Positions 1 to 14,021 are shown, numbered from the stretch's first letter. The stretch: 63,847 nt of DNA from Octopus bimaculoides (GCF_001194135.2 NC_068988.1:26478875-26542721), one strand, 5' to 3'. Numbers and translations: made by a program. The notes: generated by a model from the sequence alone, not told the origin.

Positions 1-3000
1 TATATATATATATATAGTGGTGAGGAGCACCACTCTGAGTCAAAATATACTTTTTTACAAGCTACATTACAAATAATGAGTAAGACGAGATATAGTAAAT
101 GTTTCTCTTCAAAAATTACATTTGAGAAAGGACTCTAACACATCAATATCCATAATAGACATCCGAAAGATCAGAAATGCAACAAAGAATTAAAATATCT
201 AGGTGAAATAGAAAAAGGTTCCTGAAAAAATGGCACGTAGTATGAACTTAACGAAACTTGACTAAATCTCAAAACTCAATATGAAGTATTTTCTGTAGCT
301 TCTTCAGGATCTGTGGGAGTGGCTCTCTTCCTGGTATTTTTACGCACGATGTTGTTAAAGAGAGGAGCGAAACTACGGAAATTACAGATCTTGTGACAGT
401 TTGAACATCACATTTTGAAACCTGGAAATTAGCAAGTTTGACATTAATGTGGAAGATTTGAATCCAACGGAAAAAATGAAGTTGATTTCTAAACACCCTA
501 AATTATCCAGCTATTTTATTAGCAACCTCAATTATGATCGGGTTGTTGATGAGGAATTTCTTGAGGAAGCAGTTACCTGACTATGTTTCAGACCGTTTCA
601 ACAACAACAATTATGCTGACCAATTTCTACTCCCAAAGATGATGCAACAATACAAGATGATGATACAATACTCACGATGTAATAGTTTCAAATAGGTTGG
701 GAAAAATAACGAAAAATCAACAATAACTAATTTTGCCCCAGTTACCATCTTTGCACAACATATATATATATATANNNNNNNNNNNNNNNNNNNNNNNNNN
801 NNNNNNNNNNNNNNNNNNNNNNNNNNNNNNNNNNNNNNNNNNNNNNNNNNNNNNNNNNNNNNNNNNNNNNNNNNNNNNNNNNNNNNNNNNNNNNNNNNNN
901 NNNNNNNNNNNNNNNNNNNNNNNNNNNNNNNNNNNNNNNNNNNNNNNNNNNNNNNNNNNNNNNNNNNNNNNNNNNNNNNNNNNNNNNNNNNNNNNNNNNN
1001 NNNNNNNNNNNNNNNNNNNNNNNNNNNNNNNNNNNNNNNNNNNNNNNNNNNNNNNNNNNNNNNNNNNNNNNNNNNNNNNNNNNNNNNNNNNNNNNNNNNN
1101 NNNNNNNNNNNNNNNNNNNNNNNNNNNNNNNNNNNNNNNNNNNNNNNNNNNNNNNNNNNNNNNNNNNNNNNNNNNNNNNNNNNNNNNNNNNNNNNNNNNN
1201 NNNNNNNNNNNNNNNNNNNNNNNNNNNNNNNNNNNNNNNNNNNNNNNNNNNNNNNNNNNNNNNNNNNNNNNNNNNNNNNNNNNNNNNNNNNNNNNNNNNN
1301 NNNNNNNNNNNNNNNNNNNNNNNNNNNNNNNNNNNNNNNNNNNNNNNNNNNNNNNNNNNNNNNNNNNNNNNNNNNNNNNNNNNNNNNNNNNNNNNNNNNN
1401 NNNNNNNNNNNNNNNNNNNNNNNNNNNNNNNNNNNNNNNNNNNNNNNNNNNNNNNNNNNNNNNNNNNNNNNNNNNNNNNNNNNNNNNNNNNNNNNNNNNN
1501 NNNNNNNNNNNNNNNNNNNNNNNNTATCATATCGTATATATTTACCCACTATATGTTAAATCATACTGTACGTTTATATATCGTAATGTATTGTCTTAAA
1601 TTGCCAATTTTTTTTATACAACTTGGAAACTATCCATGTTTATAAATATTTTTAAATAAATATTTTAAACATTCATGATATTTCTGAAGTTTATATCATT
1701 GTATATGCCTGTATACTATATTTTACCTTACTTTTTAGACATTTTACAGACTTAAAACTATATATGTATTGATTCTAGAATGAATTGAACACACGCGCAC
1801 ACACACATATATTAAATCTTGTGTTGGATATACGGTATTGTTCCTGTGGTCTTCCACCCTTATGTATCCATTCTTACTATAATTTGAATTATGCCGAGAA
1901 TATTTATATATTTGAATTCATGTGAAATTTCACGATGACGTTGTAACTGCTGTAAATATACACAGAAGTTAAAATGAACGAAACAACTGGAAAGCAAGGA
2001 AAAAACATGCTTAAAGTTATGCTCATGCATTACTGTTCACTGAAGACAATGACCTAACCATATGTAATCTCAAAAAGGGACTATGGAAATGGCTGTAATC
2101 TTATCCTAAAGATGTGATGCTACACAAGGCGTTTTAGGAATCAATGAATATCTTAACTTACTACACAATCTTTAAAAAGTAGGATTTTTGAAATATATTA
2201 AAGGATGTGACTGCACACCCACTTTTTTTATTAGGTTTGTTAAATGGAGCCAAGAAAACAAACACACACCTACTAAAAATAACAACTATCATAACGTCAA
2301 CAATTGCACTTTGTAAAAGTATTAATTTTTAGCAAAACGCTTATATGTTATACCCCAAACCTATATAAGCATAACTTTTAATCTTTTAAATTATGTCATA
2401 CGCAACAGAAACGAATGCTTCAAATCCAACAGAAGAAATAACGAAATCTGTAACTATGTTATAAAACTTGAGCTAAGGCATATCTTTATATATATAGTAG
2501 CAACTAATGTAATCTTTGTACAGCCAAAAGTATAGAAATACTCCTCCGCATGACAACAACCCTGAGAAATATTCTGAGACAAATGCCTCCTACATACAGA
2601 CATACATTACACTCAGACAAAGAAAATAAAATTAATTTTATTCTCCGAGAAATATATTGTATACTTATACATCACTGATACTTTTCCGTATGAATAATAT
2701 ATAAGTTAGTCGATGAATAATTTATGAGTTTACATAGTAATCGCTATACATTAATAACTAAAATATTAATACACATTTATCATTTACACTTTGAAAACAA
2801 ATAATCTTGGAGTAAATTAGAGTCAACGGTGTTATCTTAAGCCTTGATAGCACATATAATATGCCTACTTCATTCTCTTTAGCCACTACCATTTCTACAC
2901 CAGCAGAATAGCAATGTGTCGCATGCGTGCTCGCTATTCTCGATGATTATAAGTTTACAATTATATTATCATTTTCATCAGCGGTAGCATCTTTATAGTA

Positions 3001-5601
3001 GAAAACATCCCAACAATGCTATACACCTCTGCGTAGATTTTGTTGCTCATATATTTTGTTCTAAAAAATTATTTAACTGTACTTCTACAAGAACCGTCCA
3101 TCTCCCTTTTTCTATATTTTTGTTAGTATGATATCCTTAAAACATGACCAATGTAAATATAGGAAATTATATCATCAGCATGGGCTTATATATGCTCACA
3201 TCAGTTAGGCACGACTGCCTAGCAAGTGCTAAATATGAAGATTACAGATTGACCTCAGGTCAATCACCTTCATGATCGAAGAGCACTTTACCAATATTCA
3301 CATCACATTGGATTCCAAAATATCTCCTGAAAGCCATTCTCTTGAAAACCAGCATGAAGATCAATGAGACTCTTCTAATGACAGTAGTGCTTCGTGCCTT
3401 AGAGGCTTTCCTACAGCAAGTAAAATAACGTCTTACTTTTTAGAGTATCTAGTTCCTTTCCACAATTATTCAGAGCTTATTTGCAACGTATCGCCTTCAT
3501 TAATCTAACCGCTGGTCGCTCACTAAAGTTTATCCTTTATCTTTGCTTTGAAAAACGCAGAGCCTTCCATCTTCGCTTAGATATTTACTGCATTCCGCTA
3601 CTGACAAACATTTAGGTAAACCCTAACATTTTCAGCTTAATTTGACTTGGTGAACCTGCGTCGTCGAAAGCAAAAAATGCTTTCATCAATATAAACACGA
3701 GTAAAACGTTTCTTGGCTCAACCAACATCTCCATGATTGCTCTGTCGCTAAGAGAAACACTCGACTAGCATTTCTCAACAGACATACACCAGCCAACAAA
3801 TCTATCAGTGGAACATATGAATATAAAATTTATGCGTGGCTTCGTGCTAATTTTAATCGAAATTCATTACACAAACATATACACAGAACAAGTCTAATAC
3901 TTTTATTGTATGTCTTCACAACCATGTACTCACAATTGCTTATAACAAGATCGGTACAGACGGCGATTGTTCAGAGAGATATAAATCTATGCAATGACAG
4001 TATGTTGTGTCATGGCTGTTACAATAACATTGTTTTGTGCTATGATATCCTTGAATTTAATCATCCTATCTTCTAGCATCAGATATATGGTATATGGCAT
4101 CATTAGCAAGCTCTTAATTTATCACACTTAGTTTCTACTCATTCAGATTTTGCAACATGTACAAAATCTATGCGCTAATTGATAGAAAATGTTTTATTTC
4201 TCAATTACCAGAAATTGTTTTATTTCCTGTACTCATTTTTGATTCATCAGTAATCCATCATGTATGGGAGAGTTTCTGTTGAAAATATATTTGTCATCTG
4301 TTGCTTGTCAGTCTTTTAAAAAAAAGTCCATACGAAACACATCATCAATTTCAGCTCAGCTTGTAATTGTTCAACTTGTACAATGTTATTTTTCTTTAGA
4401 ATGGTATATATGTATTGCCATTGAAATCGATGTAACTATTCTACAAATATCACACGTTTTTATCATCCATATTATACGTATTTATTTCTGGTAAGCACTG
4501 ATAATAAACCAAAAAATATCAAGATAATTAGAAAAATTGATAACTGTCGGTAGTATATTGAAAACTCATGTTAAAATAACTTAAGTTGTTCTTGAATGCT
4601 GAACTCTAAACAATATGAACAGAGAATGTTCGTTTCGCAGCGTACAAAAAAATGTGTAAAGGAAGCTTATTTATATATTACGTCAACTCTACTCACTAAT
4701 TACAAACAATAGCATATAAATAATTGTATATTCATTTTTATTATCAAGTCAGTTCCTAACTAATCATTTCAGTACACAAGTACATTTCATATTTTCCTCG
4801 TGAACATTCACTTTAGAATTAACATGAAATAGCTTGTGCATTGAAATGAAAGCAGTTAACGAACACTTATTGACAGCAGTGTTGTCTTTATTCTATTCTT
4901 TGTTTAAAATTATGTCATAAACAAGATGAAATACTTAGGTATGTTGCATTATATCTCTCTTGCATCAGTGTTGCTAGCAACTCGTTTGCTATGCTTGTCC
5001 ATTACTTGCATCCTAATAGATGTTATTAAATGTACCATTTCTATTAATATATGAGATAACGAACATCAATAAACTTCAATATATTGTGTTATTACAAGAT
5101 CAGAGGAACATTAATTTGAAATATGACAGAGAAATGTTGAAACTACTGAAATCCATCATTTATGATGTTTTCACTCTATGACCCTATGAGGACATAAGAG
5201 ATAAATTATGAAATATATTTTCACAAAAGTATTGTCTATCTAGCTTTTGACATCATTAACATAACACTACTGAATATATATATTAACAAGAGGAGTTTTT
5301 AATAAATGTATATCAATAAAGACAAAGTTTCTCGCAGATCTCACAGACAGACGCTAAAATCTCCAGTAAATGTTTTTCTTTGACATAAACTACTTCGTAA
5401 ACCTACATAGGTGTTCTAGTTGATTACTGACAGCAATACAGTACTTAGAAAGTAGATATATTTTAGATATTGCAGCGCAACACATAATTATTTGCAGTAT
5501 ATAAATGCAAATAGACTATAGAATATGAATCTCCGTAATGTTTCTTGCACTTTTCTCCACTGATGCAATATCAGCAAATTTGAATTAATAATTCAACAAT
5601 A

Positions 5602-5640
5602 CGTGGTCTGATCAGTAAATATCCGGACTGTTGCCATAGG
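5602..5640 (+). mobile_element. Possible solo mariner-type terminal inverted repeat
   Basis: TA-CGTGGTCTGATCAGTAAATATCCGGACTG resembles mariner TIR starts (TA + CGNGG...). No partner TIR found nearby. Confidence 0.3.
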
Positions 5641-5711
5641 AATATTATTTTAATATATGCACAAATGCTAATGTGTGTGTATTTGCGTGTGTGCTTGTAT
5701 ATATATATATA

Positions 5712-5764
<53 letters not shown>

Positions 5765-8700
5765 GTGGGATATTACTCTATGTGACTTTTACGTTTACTG
5801 CTCTAAATGCTTCCATAGTCTATAACTAAATTCGGCACCTCGTTTGCAACGATATAATATAATAAGCCTATCTGCTATTTTTTCTTTTAAACAGTCAGGT
5901 GTGACTTCAGGAAGAATGTTCTTTTGGACATTGGTGTAAGTGCGTTAACTCTATGGAAATGATTTCATGTGAGATGCCGTCAAAATATAGTATTCTTCTA
6001 GGCAAGTTATTTCTTAAAAGATGCTCTTAGAATGCTTCTTAATATAGGTTTGTTTGCGTAGGGTAGAAAAAAAATCTTCCATTTTCATTTACCTACATTA
6101 GGAATAGTATTTTTATTAATAATTTTTACTGTCCGGCGTCGAAAATCTACCTTATGTTTCACATAGTCCGGCAAAGTTGAAAGTGCTTCACATCCCTATC
6201 TTTGCCTGTCACTTACGAATACTAGGAAATTCTAATTCTTTGATTTTGAGAGAGTATCCGAAGGAAAATTTCGAAACTGCAAACCAAGAAAGATAACTGC
6301 ACTGAAATAAATATATTCAAATTTGTAGAAAGATATACAAACTGTTACATAGAATGCTTTAAAATTTTAAGCCCAATCTCAGTTGAGGGTAATATTGCAT
6401 CCTTATTGGATAATTTCAGGAATTAAGAATATAGTAACTATTTTTAATACATATGGGATAGTAGCTTCTACTGTCGCGTATATAAATTTAAACTACTTCG
6501 TTTGCTAAAGAGAAAATCGTGTTTACACAGTAAACCCTCACGACAAATTTTGTGTCGATGTTATTTTTATAAGAACATTGTATCTTCTGTAACCTAAACC
6601 CTTTTGTTTTGTAGTCAACATAAGGATCTGAAAGAAACATATAACTCACTGTAGCCATTGCTATGCTCACAGACATGCCGCTATTAGATGTGATGAGTTG
6701 TTCCCGACCCCTATCAGTGGGGATGCTTTTCAAAAATTCGATATTTGTATTATGGAAACAAGAAAGAGTCGATAACAAGAAGCAATTTAGAAAACTCTTT
6801 TCTAACTGTCAAGCTTCGCAATCCTCAGTGAGTTTCAGAATATACTTGAAGCGAATAGTGCATCAAAACAAAAAAAACAAAAAAACACTCCGATATTTAC
6901 TCTTAACAGTTACCTGAATGCATACATGCACACGTATACACGCATGCAGGGACATACACACTCATACAAATACATATATATATGTACGTATATATATATA
7001 TATATATATNNNNNNNNNNNNNNNNNNNNNNNNNNNNNNNNNNNNNNNNNNNNNNNNNNNNNNNNNNNNNNNNNNNNNNNNNNNNNNNNNNNNNNNNNNN
7101 NNNNNNNNNNNNNNNNNNNNNNNNNNNNNNNNNNNNNNNNNNNNNNNNNNNNNNNNNNNNNNNNNNNNNNNNNNNNNNNNNNNNNNNNNNNNNNNNNNNN
7201 NNNNNNNNNNNNNNNNNNNNNNNNNNNNNNNNNNNNNNNNNNNNNNNNNNNNNNNNNNNNNNNNNNNNNNNNNNNNNNNNNNNNNNNNNNNNNNNNNNNN
7301 NNNNNNNNNNNNNNNNNNNNNNNNNNNNNNNNNNNNNNNNNNNNNNNNNNNNNNNNNNNNNNNNNNNNNNNNNNNNNNNNNNNNNNNNNNNNNNNNNNNN
7401 NNNNNNNNNNNNNNNNNNNNNNNNNNNNNNNNNNNNNNNNNNNNNNNNNNNNNNNNNNNNNNNNNNNNNNNNNNNNNNNNNNNNNNNNNNNNNNNNNNNN
7501 NNNNNNNNNNNNNNNNNNNNNNNNNNNNNNNNNNNNNNNNNNNNNNNNNNNNNNNNNNNNNNNNNNNNNNNNNNNNNNNNNNNNNNNNNNNNNNNNNNNN
7601 NNNNNNNNNNNNNNNNNNNNNNNNNNNNNNNNNNNNNNNNNNNNNNTATATACATATGTGTGTGTGTGTGTGTGTATGTATATATATGAGGCAGCGACGA
7701 ATTTTTATTAAAACGCTGCAATCCGTCCCAATAGTATGTAGGGAAATGCATAAAAAATAACGATCAAAGAGGAAAATTGTGTATCGAACCATTCTAGAAT
7801 CCATTATTAATAAATCTTTGGGGGTACGATATTTATTCATGATTCAGAGTCCTATCGATCATTTGCAAAGTAATAATCTCCCTGTGATTACGGAATTCTA
7901 AGTAAAATGTATGAAGATTTTGTAGGGGTTTTGTTTCTTTATTCTTCTTCCAGAACTGAATTGGATGCCAAGAGATTCAGCACTAAATGTATACACGTCA
8001 AAAGTCGATAGATGTACTTCAACTACGTACTCAATATTTGAATTTAAGTCTGCGTGAAACATACTTCGAGTGATATCTTTCTATGAATTTATAGTTGCTC
8101 TTCATGCTAATATACTGGTTTTAGTGTGAGTGTTTAGGTGTTACGATGTAGTTTTAGGAGTTTCGGTCCGTCTTTCTAGTTTTTCTGCACTAATAAACTT
8201 AATGTATTTCTCAGTTTTAACAATGATGTTGTTACGGAGTTAGGGTCAGAAATGAATAGAAAATGCTATGTGGTGAAGTAAGGAGCTTGTCTGCAACAGA
8301 AAACAGCAGTGTGTATGTGTTGAATTGAGTTAATTCAATGTGGCACTTAAGTTGCTGTTGATTACACCAGACACCGAGATGTTACTGGTAGCCAACTAAA
8401 ATGTAATGAAGAGGTAAATGATAGCTGTGTTGGTGAATTCACTTTTGCCTTTGTGAAATTTTGGATAGATTCCAACATGCTCGTGGTTGTAACCATTACA
8501 CCGTCCCCGATAACTGTCCAGCAATCTACGGTAGCGTACACTTGTGCTTGTTGAAATGATTTGGATGTTATACAGATGTGGCAGAAATCTAAGCTATCAA
8601 TATCTGTGTAAGTCATTAACCCTGGGATTGCTTAACTTTTAGATGCACAGTTGCATATATTAGAGGCAGGGTATTTATGAAGTATGAATATATGATATAC

Positions 8701-8920
8701 ATAGAAACGGCAAGGAATTCAAGATTCTTCATATGAAAATTAATCGAGGCTTCGTCTGATGCAGAAAAAGTCATTGGCGTTACTGGAGAAAGTACGTGCA
8801 AGGGTGGTCCAATGAAAGATTAAGAAATAAGGAGAAGTAACACAATATTCATAACACAATATGAATGTTAGGCACGCTTTTGATGCATAGTAGCAACAAT
8901 ATAAGGATATATATATATAT

Positions 8921-9068
8921 ATGGACAGAGGCGCGGCAATATGGTAAGTAGCTTGCCTCCCAATCACATGGATCCGGATTCAGTCTCACTGGTTGGTGCG
9001 TGGGCCTTCTACTATATTCGGGGGTCGACTATAGATTTGGTAGATGGAAATTGTAAGAAGCTTGTAGT
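8921..9068 (+). mobile_element. SINE family A, 5' half (tRNA-derived head plus central domain), deletion variant
   Basis: TGGTAAGTAGCTTGCCTCCCAATCACATGGATCCGGATTCAGTC...GATTTGGTAGATGGAAATTGTAAGAAGC aligns to the reverse complement of the full-length copy at 39389-39801. It matches 19003-19150 at 147/148 positions. Confidence 0.85.
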
Positions 9069-9089
9069 TGACCGTTGACTGAACACTAT

Positions 9090-9254
9090 TCAATTTTTTT
9101 TCTCCGTGTTTTTCTCCTTGTCTCCGTATTCTTTCTGTTGAAGAGCGTAGCTCGAAACGTCAAAGACTTTCCGTATTCCCGAGCGTCATACTAATATATA
9201 CTTTTGTTATTTACACCACCTGTCCTCGTCTGTTGTTATTATTTGTATATTCTC

Positions 9255-9256
<2 letters not shown>
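9090..9256 (+). mobile_element. Short interspersed repeat family H1 (Penelope-like terminus), ending in (TA)n
   Basis: Homologous to inverted copies at 13047-13190 and 41681-41860 (shared GAAGAGCGTAG(G)CTCGAAACGT). Carries a hammerhead-like fold. The repeat itself is certain; the Penelope assignment is inference. Confidence 0.65.
9130..9166 (+). ncRNA. Putative minimal type I hammerhead ribozyme variant (family H1)
   Basis: UCUUU-CUGUUGAA-GAGC-GUA-GCUC-GAAA-CG-UC|AAAGA: 5-bp stem I, 4-bp stem II with G10.1-C11.1, palindromic ACGU stem III and a GUC site. Core has A6U and one extra A. Confidence 0.5.
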
Positions 9257-9294
<38 letters not shown>

Positions 9295-9703
9295 TTTCCG
9301 NNNNNNNNNNNNNNNNNNNNNNNNNNNNNNNNNNNNNNNNNNNNNNNNNNNNNNNNNNNNNNNNNNNNNNNNNNNNNNNNNNNNNNNNNNNNNNNNNNNN
9401 NNNNNNNNNNNNNNNNNNNNNNNNNNNNNNNNNNNNNNNNNNNNNNNNNNNNNNNNNNNNNNNNNNNNNNNNNNNNNNNNNNNNNNNNNNNNNNNNNNNN
9501 NNNNNNNNNNNNNNNNNNNNNNNNNNNNNNNNNNNNNNNNNNNNNNNNNNNNNNNNNNNNNNNNNNNNNNNNNNNNNNNNNNNNNNNNNNNNNNNNNNNN
9601 NNNNNNNNNNNNNNNNNNNNNNNNNNNNNNNNNNNNNNNNNNNNNNNNNNNNNNNNNNNNNNNNNNNNNNNNNNNNNNNNNNNNNNNNNNNNNNNNNNNN
9701 NNN

Positions 9704-9756
<53 letters not shown>
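9704..9756. repeat. (GT)n microsatellite
   Basis: Direct reading. Similar (GT)n tracts at ~5727-5763, ~13629-13676 and ~16523-16602. Confidence 0.97.
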
Positions 9757-9760
<4 letters not shown>

Positions 9761-10649
9761 TGAATAAATTGATCACAGAATTTCAATATTATCACTTGAA
9801 GATGTTACAAGTTTGCGATTAAAACTCAAACTTTGCTTCACTATCTATTGCAAATTCACTTTCAAATTTGAAGGTGTTGATTTCCTCATCTGCAAGTGGA
9901 ACTAATTTAATCATCATATGGGATTTTCGAGAGAAAGAGATGCAAGTGTTATAATAAATGGTCTCAACTGATTTGCACTTTATTTCGAATTTACATTAAC
10001 TTCCATCATTAAACCCAACTGCATACTGCTTAAAGTCAGCTGCTCTGGGAGTAGTTTAGAACGGTCTACCGCGTTTGTTTTGCACTCTTCACAGTGAATA
10101 TGTGTGATTATTCTAAGTTATTTCTGCGTGCGATTATCGTGATATTGCGAGTGTTTTGGTGTGACGAATACAATTTTATAATATCACATAAGCAGAAACA
10201 GTCATCAATAGCTGGTACACACGTACCCAAATAATCTAAAATACTTCAGACTCCAGTGTTACTCTTGCGAACATTTACCATTGATATGACGGAAGAATGG
10301 GTTCGTGAAAAGCAACAGGGTATTTGACATATTGCTTATCTAGATTTTATTTACCGGATGCGTTTTGAAATATTTCACCCTAATCCAAACTAAAACAAGA
10401 TACTGTTATTGTTTTCTAGAAGCAAATATCATTCTTGAAACAGTCTGTCCACTTTGATGGAATTCATATAATTTTTCAATATCGCCAAATCTGTGAGAAT
10501 AATTTGATCAAGCGCAAATTATATTAAACAAAGATCTTACCCGAGAAACTAGTTATTGGCAAAGAGGCCGCAGCATTCTAAATATTCAGACACAAATCCT
10601 TACGCATGCTCCAACATATATAAACAGGACAGAGAGAAAGAGAGAGAAA

Positions 10650-10810
10650 GGGAGCGTCGAGCTCACAATTATGAGGTAGTGAGTTCGATTCCGGATTGGG
10701 CTTTGTAAAGCCCTTAGATAAAATCGTTGACGGGGAGAGGGAGAGCTGGTATGGATAGGCGACTACTGATCTTCCATAAATAGCCTTGCCCGGACTTGTG
10801 CCTCGGAGGA
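10650..10810 (+). mobile_element. tRNA-derived SINE (family D), internally deleted
   Basis: Pol III B-box GAGTTCGATTCC at 10681-10692 follows a tRNA-like segment. The 3' part CCTTGCCCGGACTTGTGCCTCGGAGG ends at a (TA)n tract. Confidence 0.6.
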
Positions 10811-12744
10811 TATATATATATATATATATCTGTATGTATGTATGTATATATGTATGTATGTATTATGTAGCTAGCTCGGACACCCACACGCAGACACACA
10901 CATATACACACAAAGATATTTACACAGCTGCTCACACACAAATACAAAAATGTAAGGGTTTCCATCGGCGTCTCCTAGTCGAGATAGAAATTTAATCCTG
11001 TACATTATTTTTCTTTTTTCATTTCGATTTTTGCTGCACTTTTCTATTTTTATCATTTTCACTGACTATAATTTGTTGAAGTGACTTGGTTTTGTTCAGA
11101 GCCCATTCGTATGACTATTGTCTCCGCATTAATGTCTTCAATAAATATCATAATTAATAAAAAAATTTGTTACTATGAATTTCACAGATTATCTTGAGAT
11201 AATTAATATTTTTTATTGTCAAAATATTTTAGTGTTATTTGCAACTTTGATGTACTAATAAACACAAATGAATTATTTACAACAACGATATCTTTCAATC
11301 ATTCAAGAAGTTTTATTATATATTATATTTGATCTCTTTGAAATTTACTGTTTTTCGATTCGGCTTTATTTTAATATTTTCAATACTTCTATATGATAAT
11401 TTAGTGGGATTATTTTGCACACAGATGTATATATTTCTTTTATGCATATGACTTCCCAGGGGAGCGGAATTCACATGATTTGTAGTTGACCTTCCTTCCC
11501 TAGACTGGTAAGTACGAATAAGCTGACGTTCAATTTCAGCGTTTTGGTGCTGGAAAACATGAGCAGATACAGAATTTGGGGTGAAAGATGTAATTTAGAG
11601 TTTCTACAGAACTTTAAAATGTTTGGAATGGTGAGGCACAGGTGAGTTCTATGCCAACAATTGCCAACTATTGCGCAAAAGAAAGCCGGGAAGAGATAAA
11701 TACATCGAATCTAACGACGGTAATCAATTTGAAAATAGGCTGATGTGCTGAAATCGACAAGGCTTAAGGAATTCGGAATCCAGTAAAAAGTGCATACAAG
11801 TATAGATTCAGAATGCTGAAAATCAACTTCGAGATATAGTAACAGAATTCTTTAAGTCAATTTCTCGGCGTGTAGAAGCATTATGTTATTTTCTTATTCA
11901 GTAATTGTGTAAAGTTGAAATTTCTATGATCGCAACGATGAAATATGTAGGTTGTTGTTTTTGCATACCAAATATATAGCTTGTAAACTACAAGAATCCT
12001 CTATAAATATTTATACTAAATGTGTCTTGGGCGTATATTTTCATGTCAACATTGAAGTCTATTTTCAAGACCCTTGCTTTTGGAGAGGCTTCCTGTATGG
12101 CCTGATGCATTGCGACTTTGAATAGACGACGCGCATGTGCAGACAACCAGGTATCAGTGTGATTATTGTCAGTGCTTTATGAGCAGATCTTATTTAGGTA
12201 TTGTAAAGCACATGATCAAAACTGGCATAGTGATTTAGTGGAAGAAGGCATATTAATGCACATTGAAAGTGTGCAATCTGACAAGAAATTACAGAATTTA
12301 CTGATGATAGGGACATGGAGCTCATAATTTGCTATGTAATCTCGGATGTTTCTATCATTTATTTGGTCAGAAGCCATACTTCTGTCAACAGCATGAAGCA
12401 TAATTTCGTCAGAAGTTCTCAAGGTTGTGAAACCGCTGATATGTAACGTAAGAGATCAAAGTTCCAATAGACAATTGTCATCTGACAGCATTGGTGATGG
12501 CTATTTAGAAGGAAGAGAGGCTCAATAAAATCAAGAACTTTGGTTATTACTGTTTTCCTAAGAAAGAAGAGATTAAAAGTATTTAGTGGCAACACAGAGT
12601 TGTCATTTTGAATCGAAAACTTCCTCTCTTTCTCTCTCTCACTCTCTATCTCTATCTATCTATCTCTTATAAACTGTAACTTAAATTCGAAAAATAAGAA
12701 TCAAATAAGGCATCTCGCCGATGGCCTATAGTTTTATTATTGGT

Positions 12745-12935
12745 TTCAAGTTTTGGCCAAACGCCAGCAATTTCAAGTGGCTAGATCGATTACATCGACC
12801 CTAGTACGCGACTGGTACTTATTGTATCGAGTCCCAAAAGACAAAAAAGCGAGGTTGATCTCAGTGGTATTTAAAAACGGACGAAATGCCGCCAAGCATT
12901 TCGTCTGGCGTGTTTATGATTCTGCTAAAGTAACC
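12745..12935 (-). mobile_element. SINE family B, diverged copy
   Basis: ATCGACCCTAGTACGCGACTGGTACTTAT and GACGAAATGCCGCCAAGCATTTCGTCTGGCGTG match the copies at 36199-36410 and 62496-62708. Confidence 0.85.
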
Positions 12936-13008
12936 TCCTTAATCACCCGTTGTAATATTTAGATATATATTCATAAGAGGAAATATCCTGCCGACCATAT
13001 TATACATG

Positions 13009-13046
<38 letters not shown>

Positions 13047-13050
<4 letters not shown>

Positions 13051-13190
13051 GAATTTACAAAAACAAAAGACGAAGACGGGTGTGTAAAAAACAAACAGAT
13101 GCATTAGTTTAATGCTTGGGAAGTGAGAAAATATTTTACGCTTCGAGCCTACGCTCTTCGACAAGATAATTACAAAACATAGCCATTAAA
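13047..13190 (-). mobile_element. Repeat family H1 copy (Penelope-like terminus) with decayed hammerhead motif
   Basis: Follows (TA)n. The minus strand at 13132-13168 reads UUGUCGAA-GAGC-GUAG-GCUC-GAAG-CG-UA. Confidence 0.65.
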
Positions 13191-13624
13191 TAATGCGAAG
13201 TAGATATTAGTTGTGGTTTTATTATGCTGGGGATAGACGTATAATAATATGATGTAGCCTTCCCACATAGATTCTGGAGTAGAATAAGGAGGTTTTACTT
13301 AAATTTTTTTTCCTAAGTGACTATGATGATTGTCAATATATTATTATGAGTAATAATTATTGTTCCAGTTGAGATATGCTTATCTGGACCCCTTGCCTAA
13401 AACAGTCTTCCGTTGAAATAATACTGAATTAGACAATTTTTGATACTTATTAAACACAATAAAGTGCTTGTTAGAAGACGGCATATACGTTTTAATTAAA
13501 TATATTTATGTCATTTGTATGTTAGATAAGATTCATCACTTCCTACAACAACAGGAATTCGAAATTGGAAAGGATTTAGAGGAATTGTCTATACAAGCAT
13601 AATCAGTGTTGTGTGTGTGCGTGT

Positions 13625-13671
<47 letters not shown>

Positions 13672-13941
13672 TGTGTAATTCTTTTTATGAGAGACACGTT
13701 TCAATTTTGGACAATTCCACGTTCTTTCGTAAGCGTCCATTGCGATTCATGTCAGTTAGTGAACTTTAGTAAAAGCTAAACTGATACGTAAATATGAAAA
13801 GACACCATAAGGTAAAATAATTTCCACTACAATTATGATATCAATACACCACACACACACGCAAACGCTCGCACACCAACACACACGCGCGCGTGCATAC
13901 ATAATTAGTGTGCAATAAACTGCATGTATGTACTATATATT

Positions 13942-13945
<4 letters not shown>

Positions 13946-14016
<71 letters not shown>

Positions 14017-14021
14017 TTAAG

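Noticed and set aside
299-580. Protein-like frames (ASSGSVGVALFLVFL...; NLEISKFDINVEDLNPTEKMKL...)
   Set aside because: Short, interrupted by stops, hydrophobic stretch too short for a TM helix, no recognised family.
5895-5935. 41-nt AG/GT-bounded candidate exon; similar candidates near 6650-6715 (minus), 7953, 11460-11507 and 50005-50040 (minus)
   Set aside because: Splice-like motifs occur at this frequency by chance, no recognisable protein results, and the 48-nt 11460 version has stops in all frames.
10681-10692. B-box GAGTTCGATTCC as a tRNA gene
   Set aside because: No cloverleaf; it is a SINE head. No true tRNA, rRNA or snRNA was found in the window.
12148-12230. YQCDYCQCFMSRSYLGIVKHMIKTG, zinc-finger-like
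   Set aside because: Single unit, wrong spacing, second His missing, no TGEKP linker or tandem array.
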